From: Amoebophrya sp. A120
Lineage: Eukaryota > Protista > Dinoflagellata
Reading direction: 5' to 3'
DNA: 64,000 nt
Assembly (NCBI GenBank): GCA_905178155.1
Contig: CAJINV010000008.1
Span: 1,302,001 to 1,366,000, forward strand
A program made the translations under genes and the position numbers. The notes beneath the pieces were generated by a model. It did not search any database. It was not told the DNA's origin and saw nothing but the letters and a program-made list of their open reading frames with translations. Of this stretch, positions 48,109-60,015 are shown piece after piece; position 1 is the first letter of the stretch, and the number at the start of each line of letters is the position of its first letter.

Positions 48109-51100
48109 ATGGCATCCTCGTGCATTGTCCGCCCGGGGCTACTCGTGTTGCATGACACTGGGCGCTTTGGGGTGGTGAAGAAAGTCGTTAACACGAGCCC
48201 GGAAAGCGCAGCTGCGGTGGCTAACAATGTTGATATCCACGCGGAGAACAAGAAGGTTCCCAATCCTACTAGCTGTGACGCGAAGAAAAACATAACCAAC
48301 AATAAAGCGCACGCTTTCAGTGAGAGAGCGCGCAGCTACTGTGATGACGCGGGCGACCTCCTGAGGGAATCTTCGCAGGTTGTTGTGCAGTACCTCGACG
48401 AGGAAGGGAACAATGAGCACGAAAATAAACGTGAGCACCGTGTTCCCTTGTCGCAGCTCCAGGGAATCGAGATCAGCTTCCTTTGGTCCATTCCAAACCT
48501 GAACTCCACCCAGCAAGCCGCGCGGATCTGCGCATCGCTGTCGTCCGTAAACCAGCAAGTGCACGTGCACGGTTTGAAGCCACAGATGCTGGTCAGTTAC
48601 TCCTTCGGCGATCTCATTTCGGACCAGGACAAAACGGAGATTCTGAACCTGTTTCAGTACCTGGAAACAAAAAGTCCGATGTATTCGAAGGACCGGAGCC
48701 TGAAGTGTGTGCTGCAGCGAACTGCTGCTGGTCCCGCTATCTCATCTTCGGCTGGTGGTAGTACTACTTCTACCACACGACGGACATCAGCGTCTACAGG
48801 CAGTGTCACGACGTCGTCCAACATTCATGATGTTGTCGGAGCCGAGGCTGCGGATTCTGACGACCGCTCTTGTAAGGAAAATCACGTGAATTTGAGTAGC
48901 ATGGAGCACTACCACCACTTGTTCCGGCATTTTGTTCCAAGCAGCCGCAGAACCCCCGCTGGAAGCGTTTTTACTGGAAGTCGGCGAGGGCAAGTGGAGC
49001 CTAGGGTGAACTTGCTCGACTCTTGGGTATTTTTTCACGGTGACGCTAACGTGTTGTCCGGCCCGCTCAAACTGCGTCAATTTCTTGACCAATTCTGTGT
49101 CGCGGCGCTACAAAAGAAAAGACATGGCTACAAGACCATGACGGTGGCCGGCGATGTTTTGCTATTGGGAGAAAAGAATCACCGCAGTTCATCTGCGGGA
49201 TCAGATGTTGATTTGAAATTCGACATCCCGTCCGTGACCAGAGCGTACGCGTCCGGCGACACGGGTAAGATGCAAGTGCTGCAATTCTCCACGACGAAGA
49301 AAGAACAAGATCCCCGGGACCTGCTGCTGAAGATCGTTGGAGAGAAGACAGTTCTGAAGGACTCATTCTCGTTGTCCGGCGACATTCGAGAGTTTGCGAT
49401 TCACGCCGACTGCTTGCAGGAGTTTTTCTCTGTCGCGGCAGCACGACCTTGTAGTGCGGGCACAGCAGCTCCTGCAACAGGTTCTTCACAACAGCCAGGA
49501 ATTTGCAAGAACGGCGCCGGAATAAAGCTACCGCTGGAACATCAAGAATCTACGAGCGACCTGGTCGAATTATCTCCTGTCGAACAAGATCTAAGTCTCG
49601 ATGTTGTGCAGGCGAAGTGCGGGCTGTTAACAACGCGGGTCGCGGACACTGCGCTCTACTACTTCTTAAGAGACTACAATCGCGAGGTAGAGGATGCAGA
49701 AGCTGCGCTCGACGCAGAGGACACGGCTGCCGATACGACCGAGGCTGGTGAAGATGTGCTTGTTGCAAAGAAAAAAATACAAAAAGCCGCGAAGGAGAAA
49801 TGGATCTCGGAGAACTACTGGATGCAGTTGCGGACCGGCGCTGCAGCAGATATCGCGGAAAGCGAGGAGGACTCGCAGCACTATTGGCTGACCTACATCG
49901 CAGCGGACAGCCACGGTGGTGGACTAGTAGTCCCCTCTAGCACGCATTCCCTGGTGTCGAAGCCGGCCTTTGCAGTCACGAGTAGCACGACCTCCGCTTT
50001 GGTTCGGGAGTCCATGGTGACGGAATTTGACGACGACCTTTTAGGACGTGTTGAAGCCTATGCCCTCGGGTGGCAGAGCATGCTGCCGTTCCTTTCTCCC
50101 GCAGAGCGCCGCCAGTTGTTTGCGACTTTGCGCGAGAATCTGGAAATGCTGGTTTGCTTCTTCTACGGACTGGCAGTGCCTGCACGGAATTGCACATCAG
50201 GAGAAGCGCTTGCTTCGAACAAGAGCAGGCAAAGTGATGGTCTTGCGCCGAATTATCTTGCCACTCGGTTTGGTGGAACACTGGCGAAGGTCAATGCAGC
50301 GGAGAAGCGAGAGCCGACCGCGTTCGCTCCGCCATCGCGAACAACAGGAGCTGCTGGTGGCTCTTCTTCAACATCAACTAGTAGAAAACCAGAAACGCTT
50401 CTGCCACCTGAGGAGGAAGGGAACGACCGGACGAACACGAACACCAGCAGCGACTGGAGCAATATTAAAGACGCTCCTTCTGGTCTTTATGCAGCTCGCG
50501 AGAAGCTGGACCCGCTTGCTTTTGCAGACTTTCAGTTTTCTTTGCCGGAAGACATTTTCGGGACGGACAAGCAGGTGCAGTTGAACATGAGGGATGTGAA
50601 CGACGCAATGGCGGATCTGATGGAGTTGCATTCCATGGTCGAGGCCCGCGCAGAGAAGGCCGCCGAAGAACAGCACAAGCACAAAGATGACGAGGAGGCT
50701 GAAGATGCAGAAGAGGGTTTTTTCGCTCCGAAATTAGAACGGCAGCTTCTGGCAATGGAACAAGAGGAAGAGGATGAAGCGTTAGAATTTGTAGCGCAGC
50801 AGCATGAAGACGACGCAGCTGCAAATGCGACAGGCGATTCCCAGGGGCGTGGCGTGACGAAATCTGCGCAAGAGCACCAGCGCCTCGTGCCGTCTCTGGA
50901 GATGCTGAAAGAAAAGGCGGCCGAAGGCGAGCTGGCGAAGAAGGTGACGAGTTCGTCACCCCGAGAGAAGAGTGCGACCGATGGTGTTCTTGATAAGACC
51001 AACAACTACATCAGTAGTGACACGCTGTCACCAGAAGAAGACGTGAGCTTGAAACTGAAGCCTGCTGCGATAGAGAACTTGAACAAACTACAAGTAACCG

Positions 51101-51825
51101 CGGGCGAGGATGCGGAACAGATCGGCGTGATCGAAATCCCAAGTCCGAGCCGCAGCGGGCGTGTGCGAACTTTTCCAATCCACCGGAGTATCAAACTGGA
51201 AGGGGGCAGCCACGAGGAAGAAGACGCAGGAGACGAGCTCGTTGAGGATGTAGCCATGAACGGGCTTGACCTTGACGGCGGCAACGGCAAGAAAGCCGAG
51301 CAAGCAGGAAAAATATCGCCTGCTGGTGGTGCTGTCGCGGATGGTGCGTCCTCCTCTCGGTCTACAGGAACTGCGACTTCTGCTGCGGACTCGCGGCAGA
51401 GCACCGAAGCGGGAAGTCAGGAATCGTCGACGAATGGCGGTCCTTCTTGCACCAGCGAAACAGAAAGTCTCTCGAGTGCCGTGACCTCCGCGAGGAGTGC
51501 GAGCGCGGCCACTGCTGCTGCGAGCGTGGCTGAGAGCACAACACAGAAAGCAGGAACAAAGTCTAAGGCGGTGAGCAAGATCATCAAACCCAGCCGGCGC
51601 AAGGGTACTGTTGTCGACTACCAAAAAGGAATGGGCAAAGCCGCAACTGAATTCCAGCAGTACCTACGTGCTATCCAGCCGGATTTGGCCTGGCGGATCG
51701 CAGAGCGATTTGGTATTCCGGTCGTTGACGATGCGGAGACGAAGGTGCGAAAGCATTTCGCCGGCGAAATCCGCCAGCTTGCGGAACAATGGATGCTCGA
51801 AGTGCCGCCGGCGTTTGGGGAGTAA
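48109..51825 (+). CDS. Large intronless hypothetical protein (~1240 aa) with an acidic, low-complexity C-terminal half
   Basis: 1264-codon ORF. No family recognised. Confidence 0.75.
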   Translation: MASSCIVRPGLLVLHDTGRFGVVKKVVNTSPESAAAVANNVDIHAENKKVPNPTSCDAKKNITNNKAHAFSERARSYCDDAGDLLRESSQVVVQYLDEEGNNEHENKREHRVPLSQLQGIEISFLWSIPNLNSTQQAARICASLSSVNQQVHVHGLKPQMLVSYSFGDLISDQDKTEILNLFQYLETKSPMYSKDRSLKCVLQRTAAGPAISSSAGGSTTSTTRRTSASTGSVTTSSNIHDVVGAEAADSDDRSCKENHVNLSSMEHYHHLFRHFVPSSRRTPAGSVFTGSRRGQVEPRVNLLDSWVFFHGDANVLSGPLKLRQFLDQFCVAALQKKRHGYKTMTVAGDVLLLGEKNHRSSSAGSDVDLKFDIPSVTRAYASGDTGKMQVLQFSTTKKEQDPRDLLLKIVGEKTVLKDSFSLSGDIREFAIHADCLQEFFSVAAARPCSAGTAAPATGSSQQPGICKNGAGIKLPLEHQESTSDLVELSPVEQDLSLDVVQAKCGLLTTRVADTALYYFLRDYNREVEDAEAALDAEDTAADTTEAGEDVLVAKKKIQKAAKEKWISENYWMQLRTGAAADIAESEEDSQHYWLTYIAADSHGGGLVVPSSTHSLVSKPAFAVTSSTTSALVRESMVTEFDDDLLGRVEAYALGWQSMLPFLSPAERRQLFATLRENLEMLVCFFYGLAVPARNCTSGEALASNKSRQSDGLAPNYLATRFGGTLAKVNAAEKREPTAFAPPSRTTGAAGGSSSTSTSRKPETLLPPEEEGNDRTNTNTSSDWSNIKDAPSGLYAAREKLDPLAFADFQFSLPEDIFGTDKQVQLNMRDVNDAMADLMELHSMVEARAEKAAEEQHKHKDDEEAEDAEEGFFAPKLERQLLAMEQEEEDEALEFVAQQHEDDAAANATGDSQGRGVTKSAQEHQRLVPSLEMLKEKAAEGELAKKVTSSSPREKSATDGVLDKTNNYISSDTLSPEEDVSLKLKPAAIENLNKLQVTAGEDAEQIGVIEIPSPSRSGRVRTFPIHRSIKLEGGSHEEEDAGDELVEDVAMNGLDLDGGNGKKAEQAGKISPAGGAVADGASSSRSTGTATSAADSRQSTEAGSQESSTNGGPSCTSETESLSSAVTSARSASAATAAASVAESTTQKAGTKSKAVSKIIKPSRRKGTVVDYQKGMGKAATEFQQYLRAIQPDLAWRIAERFGIPVVDDAETKVRKHFAGEIRQLAEQWMLEVPPAFGE

Positions 51826-52863
51826 GCAGCTCCAATTCCATGCGGAGAGCGACAGAAACTGAAGACACATATCATCTCGTGTCTTGATGATTGCCGGAAA
51901 GAATTTCAAATTGTTAACGACCTTCTTTTTCTTTCAGGAAGAAGTATACGACGTTTTTTTTTGAATTATTGAAGATCAGAAACTGTCATGAGCAGTAGAA
52001 GGGCAGAGATTTTTTGAGAACGAAGATAAGAGATGATCTGAGGTGGATCACGTACTTCTTTTTCTAGAACGCTAGAATGAAATACGAAAACGAATACCAC
52101 GAATGTGAATCTTTCATCAAATAAGACGGAACGATATCCACTGAAGTAGAAAGTTGCTCTTGTTGCTTCCTCCAGCGAAAAAAGTACATTTTCAGTTGAC
52201 CAAGTTATGCAGCACGTCAGCCTGTGTCTGTTGCTATCCTTTTGTAATTGAATTCGAAACTGCCAACTTCGTGCATTAGTTCGTTGATTATTGACTTGCG
52301 TGCGGGTATCGCTGCCTCGGAAAAACGAACAATAAATGGGATGCGCCAGCACCAGAGGCGCTATCTCATCTCACATTCGTCTAATGTTGCAGACCACTGG
52401 AAGCAGCGCAAGCAAGTAGCAAGTGCGCAGCTGTGCTCTAGTAGTAAGGTATTCGACTTCATCGTGCAAACGTGCAGATGCAGTTCATCATTCAAGATCA
52501 AATTCAAAATGATGAATGCAGATGAGAACATCGGTCCAAGAAATTGAACTGATTCCAAGAGAAAGCGGTAGCGTCTACTGCATGATCCAATATGATTTGA
52601 GTGCCAGCGACGAGCCCGAAGATCATACAGATGAAATAGAGATCAAAGATCGAAAAAGGAAAAAACTTAATCTTAAAAGCATATGCGCATGGATCGAGAA
52701 AAATTGATCCAGGTCGATCTCCCGTTTGTCGACCGAAGAAAATAACGATCGAGATCCGCTTCTTGTGGTCGTAGTGGATCGCTCTTATTGTCGTGACTCT
52801 TCAACACATCAAACAGGCGGATACCAAATATTGATTTGGCGATACTTAGCATGATCATAGTTC

Positions 52864-55204
52864 TTAACTCTAAAGCGCACGACACCAAAATTAATTCAAA
52901 ACGAATTCAAACCGATTTCAAAATGTAGCACTTTCGGCGTTTCGGAAACGTCAGAGTGGCCTGAAAGTCGTTTCCTTCGTTTCCTCAAATCGGCTAATGT
53001 TGAGCGAAAGGCGAAGCGCCCGTCGCACCCGTTGGCGTTGTCTTGAAAGTGGCGCCAGCGTCTATGCTTCAGAATGTATCTGCTATTGCGCAGGTCCCAT
53101 GCCATGGCTTGGGACAGTGAGCCCTTCCGGCGCATGGTTTCTGTTTGTGGCGATGGCCTAATCATCTCGTCTGAACCAGGCGCCGTCGTCTCTCTGAGGC
53201 CGCCGCCTGGCGCTGGTTTATCTTCTATCAGACGAGGAGGACGCGCGGCAGCCTTCGCGCAAAAAAACGAAGGGGCTGCTCAGGAGTGCCTAGCGCTCCA
53301 GCTTGGCTGGCTGGCGCACAGTAGCACGGGGGTTAAAGCGAGCGCATCTGCTGCGCTGAGTCGTGCCCCTATTTTGGTAGTTGAGCCAATGTTTCTAGCA
53401 CGAGCAGAGCCCTAAAACAAGTAAAGACGACGCAGGGCAGAGCGCAATAGGAATAGCCGGGCCGTGTTTGGTGCGCTTCAGGGGTAGAACGTAGCGCCAG
53501 CGCGTCTGACTTGGCAGCGTCGGGGCGGTGTTTTCCTCTCCTCTGGTTGACCCAGGTCTTGCTTCTTGGAACTGTGTGCTGACCACACGACAACGTCCGG
53601 TGGAGTGGCTCCAACATTGGCGGCGTCTCCAGGCCGGGACCCTGCGATGGACGATTAGCACTCTCGGCAGGCCCAGTCCCGTTCTGGGCGCGGGATTGCC
53701 TGCTCAAGTGTGGGCCGGCCCCTTCTCCTCGCGCAGTGCGCCTACCTCCACAGAGCTGCCTGCCTGCGGTTTCGCTTATTCCGGCAGCCCGGGCGCCGGA
53801 AGGGCATTCCGGACGGAGCAGTCCCGGGGCCGGGCGACTGGTGTGCTTTTCTCTTGCCAAGAGGGGGGGTTGCGTATTGGCTTCCCCAGTTACCGCACTC
53901 GTAGACGGTTTTTGTATTTTTCCGTATTTCTCGGAGAACAGAAATTCGAACTCCGATTTTCTGTTTCCGGGGCTCATTTCAAAATCAAGTTCAAAATCCG
54001 TTCAAATTCCGTTCAAAACCAAATTTCTAATATGGGGAAGGGGCTTTGAACGGATTTTGAACGGAAATTGAACGGAGATTTGAATTTCGTTTTGAAATTG
54101 GCGGGGAATTTGAAATACGTTTTGAAATTGGCGGGAAATTTGAATCACGTTTTGAAATTGGCCTGTGGGATGAATTTCGTTTTGAAATTGGCCTCCCCCA
54201 TAAATGACGCTTCGAAATGTCAACCGGGGGCGAAGCCACGCTCCGAGCCTAGGGCCGGGGCCACTCGACCGCCAGCATGCCTGAAAATTGCCGCCAGGTA
54301 GCCCCCACAGCAGCAGCGGCAAAGGTATTCTGGAGGCGCGCGCGCTGCGCGCGCGCGTATTATTCATCTTTCATTCGCCAGCTAGGGCCAGCAATAAATG
54401 CCGCGCGCCCTGTGTCCTTCTTCGTGTTTTGGCAAAGCGCATCGAAGCGCGAAGGCCTGTGGCATCGCTTGGAGTGGATGGCTGGAAGCCGGACAACCTG
54501 GGGCCACTGCGCTTGTGTGGTCGTCCACGCCCAATGCTGTGGCTGCGCGGCTAATTGCCTTGCTTCAGGTAGATTCGTTGTCTCTGCGGTAGTTGCTGCT
54601 CCCCACATGGTGGCCTCGGGAGTTCGACGCGGGCCGCGACGGTGGTAACCGAAGGGCCAGGCCTCTCTTGTCCCGCCTTGCAAAAAAAGCAATCCGCCCT
54701 CCTGAAGGTTGGGCGCTTATTTTTCATACTCATCCGGGCGAGTAGCATAGCGTAGCCTCCTCGTGTATTGTGGCCTTTGGTTGTGGTGTCTTCCACCGCC
54801 CGGCCCCGTGCTGCCTGCGGCCGGCGGGAGGGGTGCCCGGTAAGCTCGGCTTTGTCGGGCGTTTTCCTTCCACAAACCGGCGGAGGGCGCTCGGTGGGAT
54901 CGTTGAATGATAGATGCTCGCCGAGGATGGTGTGAGTGTGAGAGCGGTACAACACCACGAGCGGGCGGTGAGTGATGGGAGTCTGCTTGCGACTATTGTC
55001 CCCAAAGCGTTCATTGTGTGGGATGACGACCAAACCTGGGCCAGGTTCTGTGGTGGGGCGGGCATGGCAACTGCTGACTTTTTTTGCAAAATGACCCTCG
55101 CCACAGGTGTCCAATGGCACCATGAAAGTCTGAAACATTGAAATTTTGAATTTGGTTTGAATTCGATTTGAAAAAGAATTAATTTTCGGTGACTTTGGAT
55201 TTAA
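52864..55204. mobile_element. 2.34-kb non-autonomous DNA transposon-like element with ~60-bp imperfect TIRs and 8-bp TSD CATAGTTC
   Basis: CATAGTTC at 52856-52863 and 55205-55212. Left end TTAACTCTAAAG...CACCAAAATTAATTCAAAACGAATTCAAACCGATTTCAAAAT is inverted relative to the right end ATTTTGAATTTGGTTTGAATTCGATTTGAAAAAGAATTAATTTTCGGTGACTTTGGATTTAA. Confidence 0.85.
53977..54195. repeat. Internal inverted repeat plus 30-bp-period direct repeats within the TIR element
   Basis: Perfect 18-bp inverted repeat at 53989-54006 / 54045-54062. GTTTTGAAATTGGC at 54089, 54119, 54149 and 54179. Confidence 0.9.
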
Positions 55205-55315
55205 CATAGTTCCCAATTGATCGCCTTCTTAGATTGCAGCATGTTTTTCTAGTGATCCACGTCAATTATATCTTTTTTTTCGCTAAAACTAGTAAGAGAA
55301 TCTGCGACAGTCGCC

Positions 55316-58300
55316 ATGAATGTGTCCAAAGGAAAGTCCGAAGCCTCGAGGCCGGGAAACAAGCGGCCTGTTAGCAATGCGCTTGAGGTATTTGAATGCT
55401 TTCGATTTGTCCAGCAACGAATTCATCAGCTGTGTGCTTATTGCCATTGAGTGGCTGACTGCAGCGGAATGCATGATCTTTTGAAAAAAAAATCTTTACG
55501 TCAGGTTCCAACGTCTGTCCTGTTCCGTCCCACACGAACCGTTGGCGTCGTAACAGACCGGATTCCCTTTTCTCTGCAGAAGCTGGGAAACAACGACTTT
55601 TTGACCGTCGGATCGCACAACTCGTACCAAGTGTATGACTGCGACACGTTGCGGCTCTCCTACCTTTCTCCGGAGTTCAACGAGAAGGTGCGGGCCGTGT
55701 GCACGATTGGCGAGACGACCCTGACCGCTTTCGCAGAGGAGGTGGTGATATGGAAAAAGCAGGTAGAAATCGGGCGGCTTCAGCAGTGCCCAAATGTCCG
55801 TAACATGCTCAACATCGGCGGGCAGTATGTAGCCCTGTGGGCGGCGGCGGACGGCGAAATCACCGGAGGCGTGGATCATGCAAGTCTAAAGATTTACAAT
55901 CTCCAAACGAACGCACTTCACGGACGCATTACCCTCGAATCACCTATGGATCGTGTGACCAGCGTGACGACGGTGCCCACGTATCTGAATAAGATTCTGA
56001 TAGGAACGCAAGAGGGCAAGCTGCTTCTGTACAACGTCAAGACACTGAAACAAGTTTTCGCGTTCCAAAACCACCACTCCGATAAGGTCGTGCCCACTTC
56101 TTCGTCGAAGAAGGCAACAAAAAAAGACCTGTCTAGTGTCGACATGGAACCGACTCCGACCAGTGCAGGAAGTGCGGGCTCGCCATCAACCGAGGTCTTG
56201 TCCTCTGAGGAGCTCATGATCAACAACGACGATGATAAAAATGCGCCCCAGATGAACGATGAGGATGCTGCAGCAAATGCCGGCAGCGGCAGGAAAAATT
56301 CTGCATCGATTGCAGCTGCACAGAGAAGAAATCATGACCCGATCACGTGCATTGCTGCATGTCCGTCCGTGTTGGACATTGTCGCCGTCGCGTTCCAATC
56401 CGGCCGGATCGCCATGTTCCACGCCAAGAAAGATGAAGTGCTGTTTTCGCTTCGCCAGAAGTCGAAGCAGAGCTCTGGCAGTGCCGCCTCAATATCCACA
56501 AACGCAATCCACTCGCTGTCCTTCCGCTCTGATCCGTGTTCGGGTGCGAAGTTTGAACAGCTTGTCACCGGCTGCGAGGCGGGCTTTGTTCTGTGGGACC
56601 TGGAGTCGAAGGAGGCCATGCATTTCGAGCCCGTGGAGGATTTAGTCAAGGTAGAGTTCATCCGGGGCCAGCCCTTTCTGTTGGCGCAATCGGGAAGGAA
56701 CGCCCTGTTCCAGTACGTGTTTGACACCCCGGACGGGTTGCCGCGGCCGTTGCGCCACCGCCAAGGTAATTCGGGGCCTATCCGCGCGCTGCAATACTAC
56801 AAGGACGACGGCCACGAGGTCTTCGTCGCGTGCGAAAATCATGTTGCGAAGGTGTCTCTCATACAGCAGCACCAAAACAAACAGTTCTCGACCAAAGCGT
56901 TGCAGGACCGCCTACCCCCGATTTTCCAACTTTCGTTTTCCCCGACCAGGCACTTCGATTGGCCCGCGGTTGTCACAGTAAAGATGCCTTTTTTTTTCTT
57001 TTTTTGGCATCAAGTTGAAATTTTTATGGCCTTTCGTCTTTGGGAATGGGATCATCTATGAGCCAACCCTCGATTGGAGGTATGTGATGAAACTACTACT
57101 TCGCACAACGCTCTTTTTAATCGCCTTTGCTAAACCCAAACAAGAGCAACAAATTGGAACGTGATCCTCACAGGCTCATCGCGACTGCCGTGTGGCGTAT
57201 CTGTGGAGCGCGCAATTGCAGAGCTTGGTTCCGAAGCGAATTGAACGAAGAGACTCTAACGTCGCCGTCACGGCTTTGGTCGTGTCCACGTGCGGTCATT
57301 ACGTTTTCATTGGATACGCGGACGGAACTTTGCACAGATTTGCTCTCCAATCGCAGCAGCACCGAGGCGAGTTTTGGCAAAACGGGAGTAGAACCGCAGC
57401 GCACAATGGAAGTGTCACATGCGTGGCAGTTACGCGGGAGCTGGAGGTATACGAAGATAATTGACTAGTCACAACCTACAAACTCAAACATGCAAATTTG
57501 ATATATTTTATTCCGTTCGAAAAAGGACGATGAGCACGGAGACGGTCGAAAAATAAATTAATCATGAAATGCGATGATATGCATATGTTGAAACTTAGCT
57601 CCGTCGATTTGCGAAACCGAATGGAAACAAAGGTAATTTCTGGAAGCAACGCGGCCACTGATGGCAAGCTACGTATCTGGAAACCGCGGACGCAGGCTCT
57701 CGTGAGCGAAATTAATCTCCCGACCGCGGAACCGAGCAGTAGACCTGGAGAAGATGCGAAGCGATTGGGCGCCAGTTTCTTCGCTGGGCCACTCGGCAGC
57801 CTTTTGGGTGTGGCATTGACTGATGGATCCGTTGCGGTCGTGGATCTGTTGTCTAAACGGGTGGTCCGACATTTCCAGAACTTTACGAGCAAGGTCCTGG
57901 CGATGAGCTTCCGTAAAGATGCCCGCTGGTTGGCGGTCAGCTGCGCTCCGTCCGCAACAGGTGACGCGGCAACTTTGAAGCGGCGGAAAATGGCAGGGAA
58001 AAATTCCGGGTCTTCGGCGTTCTCTGGTCGTGTATCGTGCCCACAGAACAAGGTTTTGATTTTCGACCTTGCCTCCGCCCGCTGTATCGACGTACTGTAC
58101 TTTAGCAGCCCGGTGCTGACACTCGAATGGTCTTGGAACAATGCCTTTTTGCTGACGACTCACCCAAAAACCGCCCACGTGGGGGCTGTTCACGTGTGGG
58201 CTAACAAGTACTTGTTTGAGCTGGACCAGGCGGCGCCCTTATTGGCCAAGGACGAATTGGAAACGAATGGTGGCACCCAAATGGACCGAAAGCCAGTGAA

Positions 58301-59528
58301 AATGATTGCGAAAAGTACAAGCAAGACCACAGAGGAGCGCGACGACGACTGCATCTCCGCTTGGAGAAGCGGCGACCTTTCGGATGAAGAGGAACTCAAC
58401 AAGTTGTCCACCGACAACAAAACTGGTGTGCGCGCCGACGAGGACGATGCCGACTTAGAGCGCGTGTTTTCTGCATTGAAACGGGAGAGGGAGGAGCGGG
58501 CGAGGTGCGCCGTAACTAGCGCCACGGGTAAGAAGCCCTCTGCAATGGAGGAAGCAGAACAAGCTTCATCATCGGCGTCATTCACAAGCTCATCTGTCTG
58601 TCCGACGAGAAGCAGGCAAGAAATGCAGTTATCCTCTGTACCCGCGACGCATTGGGAGTCGATCTTGCATTGGGAACAGATCAAAGACAGAAACAAGCTG
58701 CAGCAGCCTGAAAAGCCAAAGCAGAGTGCTCCCTTCTTTTTGCCGACCACCTACGAGGGCGCGGAAACTAAATTCATGCAGTTCGCAAACGAAGGCGGTG
58801 AAGAAGATCCATTCGAGACCGCGGAGCGAGAAAAGGAAAAGGAGAGAGCTCTGGCAGGCAACGCAAAGACCGAGGAGACCCTTCCAGGGGTAGAACAAGC
58901 GACAACATCAGCGAGCAAGGCCAATGGCAACAAGCTCTCGAAGACGGATTTCCTGGCCGACGCGGATTTGAGCGGAGTGAAAGACAATTCGAGCTTCTTT
59001 CTTGGTGGAAACGAGCAGAAAGAATCGCTCCCGACGTCATCAGAGAAGGTGAAGGAGCCAATGAGTCGAATTCTTCAGATGAACCAGAATAGCAAGAAGC
59101 AAAGCGGAAAGCAGTTTCAAGAAGTAAGCGAGCTTCAAGATCAGTTTGCCTCGACTCTGCAGAAGCACTTGAGAAGAAGCGAATTCGACGAAGCGCTGAC
59201 CTTTCTTCTTTCGCAGACCCAGTCTGGTGTACATCTGGCATTGAGCGAGCTCGGTGCACTGGCGGGGGGCACGAATGAGGAACTCAAGCAAATGCTGAAA
59301 TTCTTCCGCCACCAATTCGCGAGGAACCAGCACGCCGACTTGCTGCAAACGTACCTGCAGGTATTTCTGCGTAAGCACAGCGCCGATCTACAGGACGATT
59401 GGGAGGCGAGAGAGATGCTGGTGGAGTTGGGAAGCATGCAAAGCCAAAACTGGGGGGAGATCCAAAACCGCTTTCAAAAGTGCATCTCTTTTCTCAGAAT
59501 GCTCACGCAAACACAGACGCAGTGGTAA
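55316..59528 (+). CDS. UTP21: U3 snoRNP-associated WD40 protein UTP21/WDR36; exons 55316..55387, 55505..56977, 57174..57447, ~57632..59528
   Basis: N-terminal LFRPTRTVGVVTDRIPF...YQVYDCDTLRLSYLS, WD repeats, and the C-terminal Utp21 signature LSSVPATHWESILHWEQIKDRNK...APFFLPT. Introns are GT-AG and in phase. Confidence 0.9.
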
Positions 59529-60015
59529 GAATGGGTGTTGCAGCGCGCACGCGCCCGTTGCAATTTTCGGAGATCGCAATCTTCGCGATTCTTCGAAATA
59601 CTAGGACTAGCTGCGAAACGGAGTTTTGTGTAGAATTCGAATTGGTTTTTACGACCCGGTTTGCGTACCTATGCTGGCGAAATGTACTTTGTATCAACAA
59701 GCATCAAATGAAAAAAACTAACGCTGCTTGGGAGGACAACTCGCAGCCTCCTACCTCGACGGGAAACCCGTTTTATGTGACAAGTGAATCTTTCTCGACT
59801 GTGTTCCAGTTGTCGGAGTAGAATGATGATGATCAACATGACCAAGACCATCTCCCCCTCCATATGATCTGGTAACTAAAGCCGGGGTGGATTCGCTGTC
59901 GCATGTAGGAACATGACGACTCGTCTTCAAGTCATTGTGAGTCAAGGACTTCCTCTCGTATTTCGCTTGGCGATCGTAGTGGTCTCCTTGTTCTGATTCA
60001 GGTGCAGTGAAGAAA

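Noticed and set aside
53074-55216. ORFs of 100-220 aa inside the 2.3-kb TIR element as a candidate transposase
   Set aside because: No DDE, BED-finger or other transposase motif is recognisable; they are consistent with chance ORFs in GC-rich DNA.
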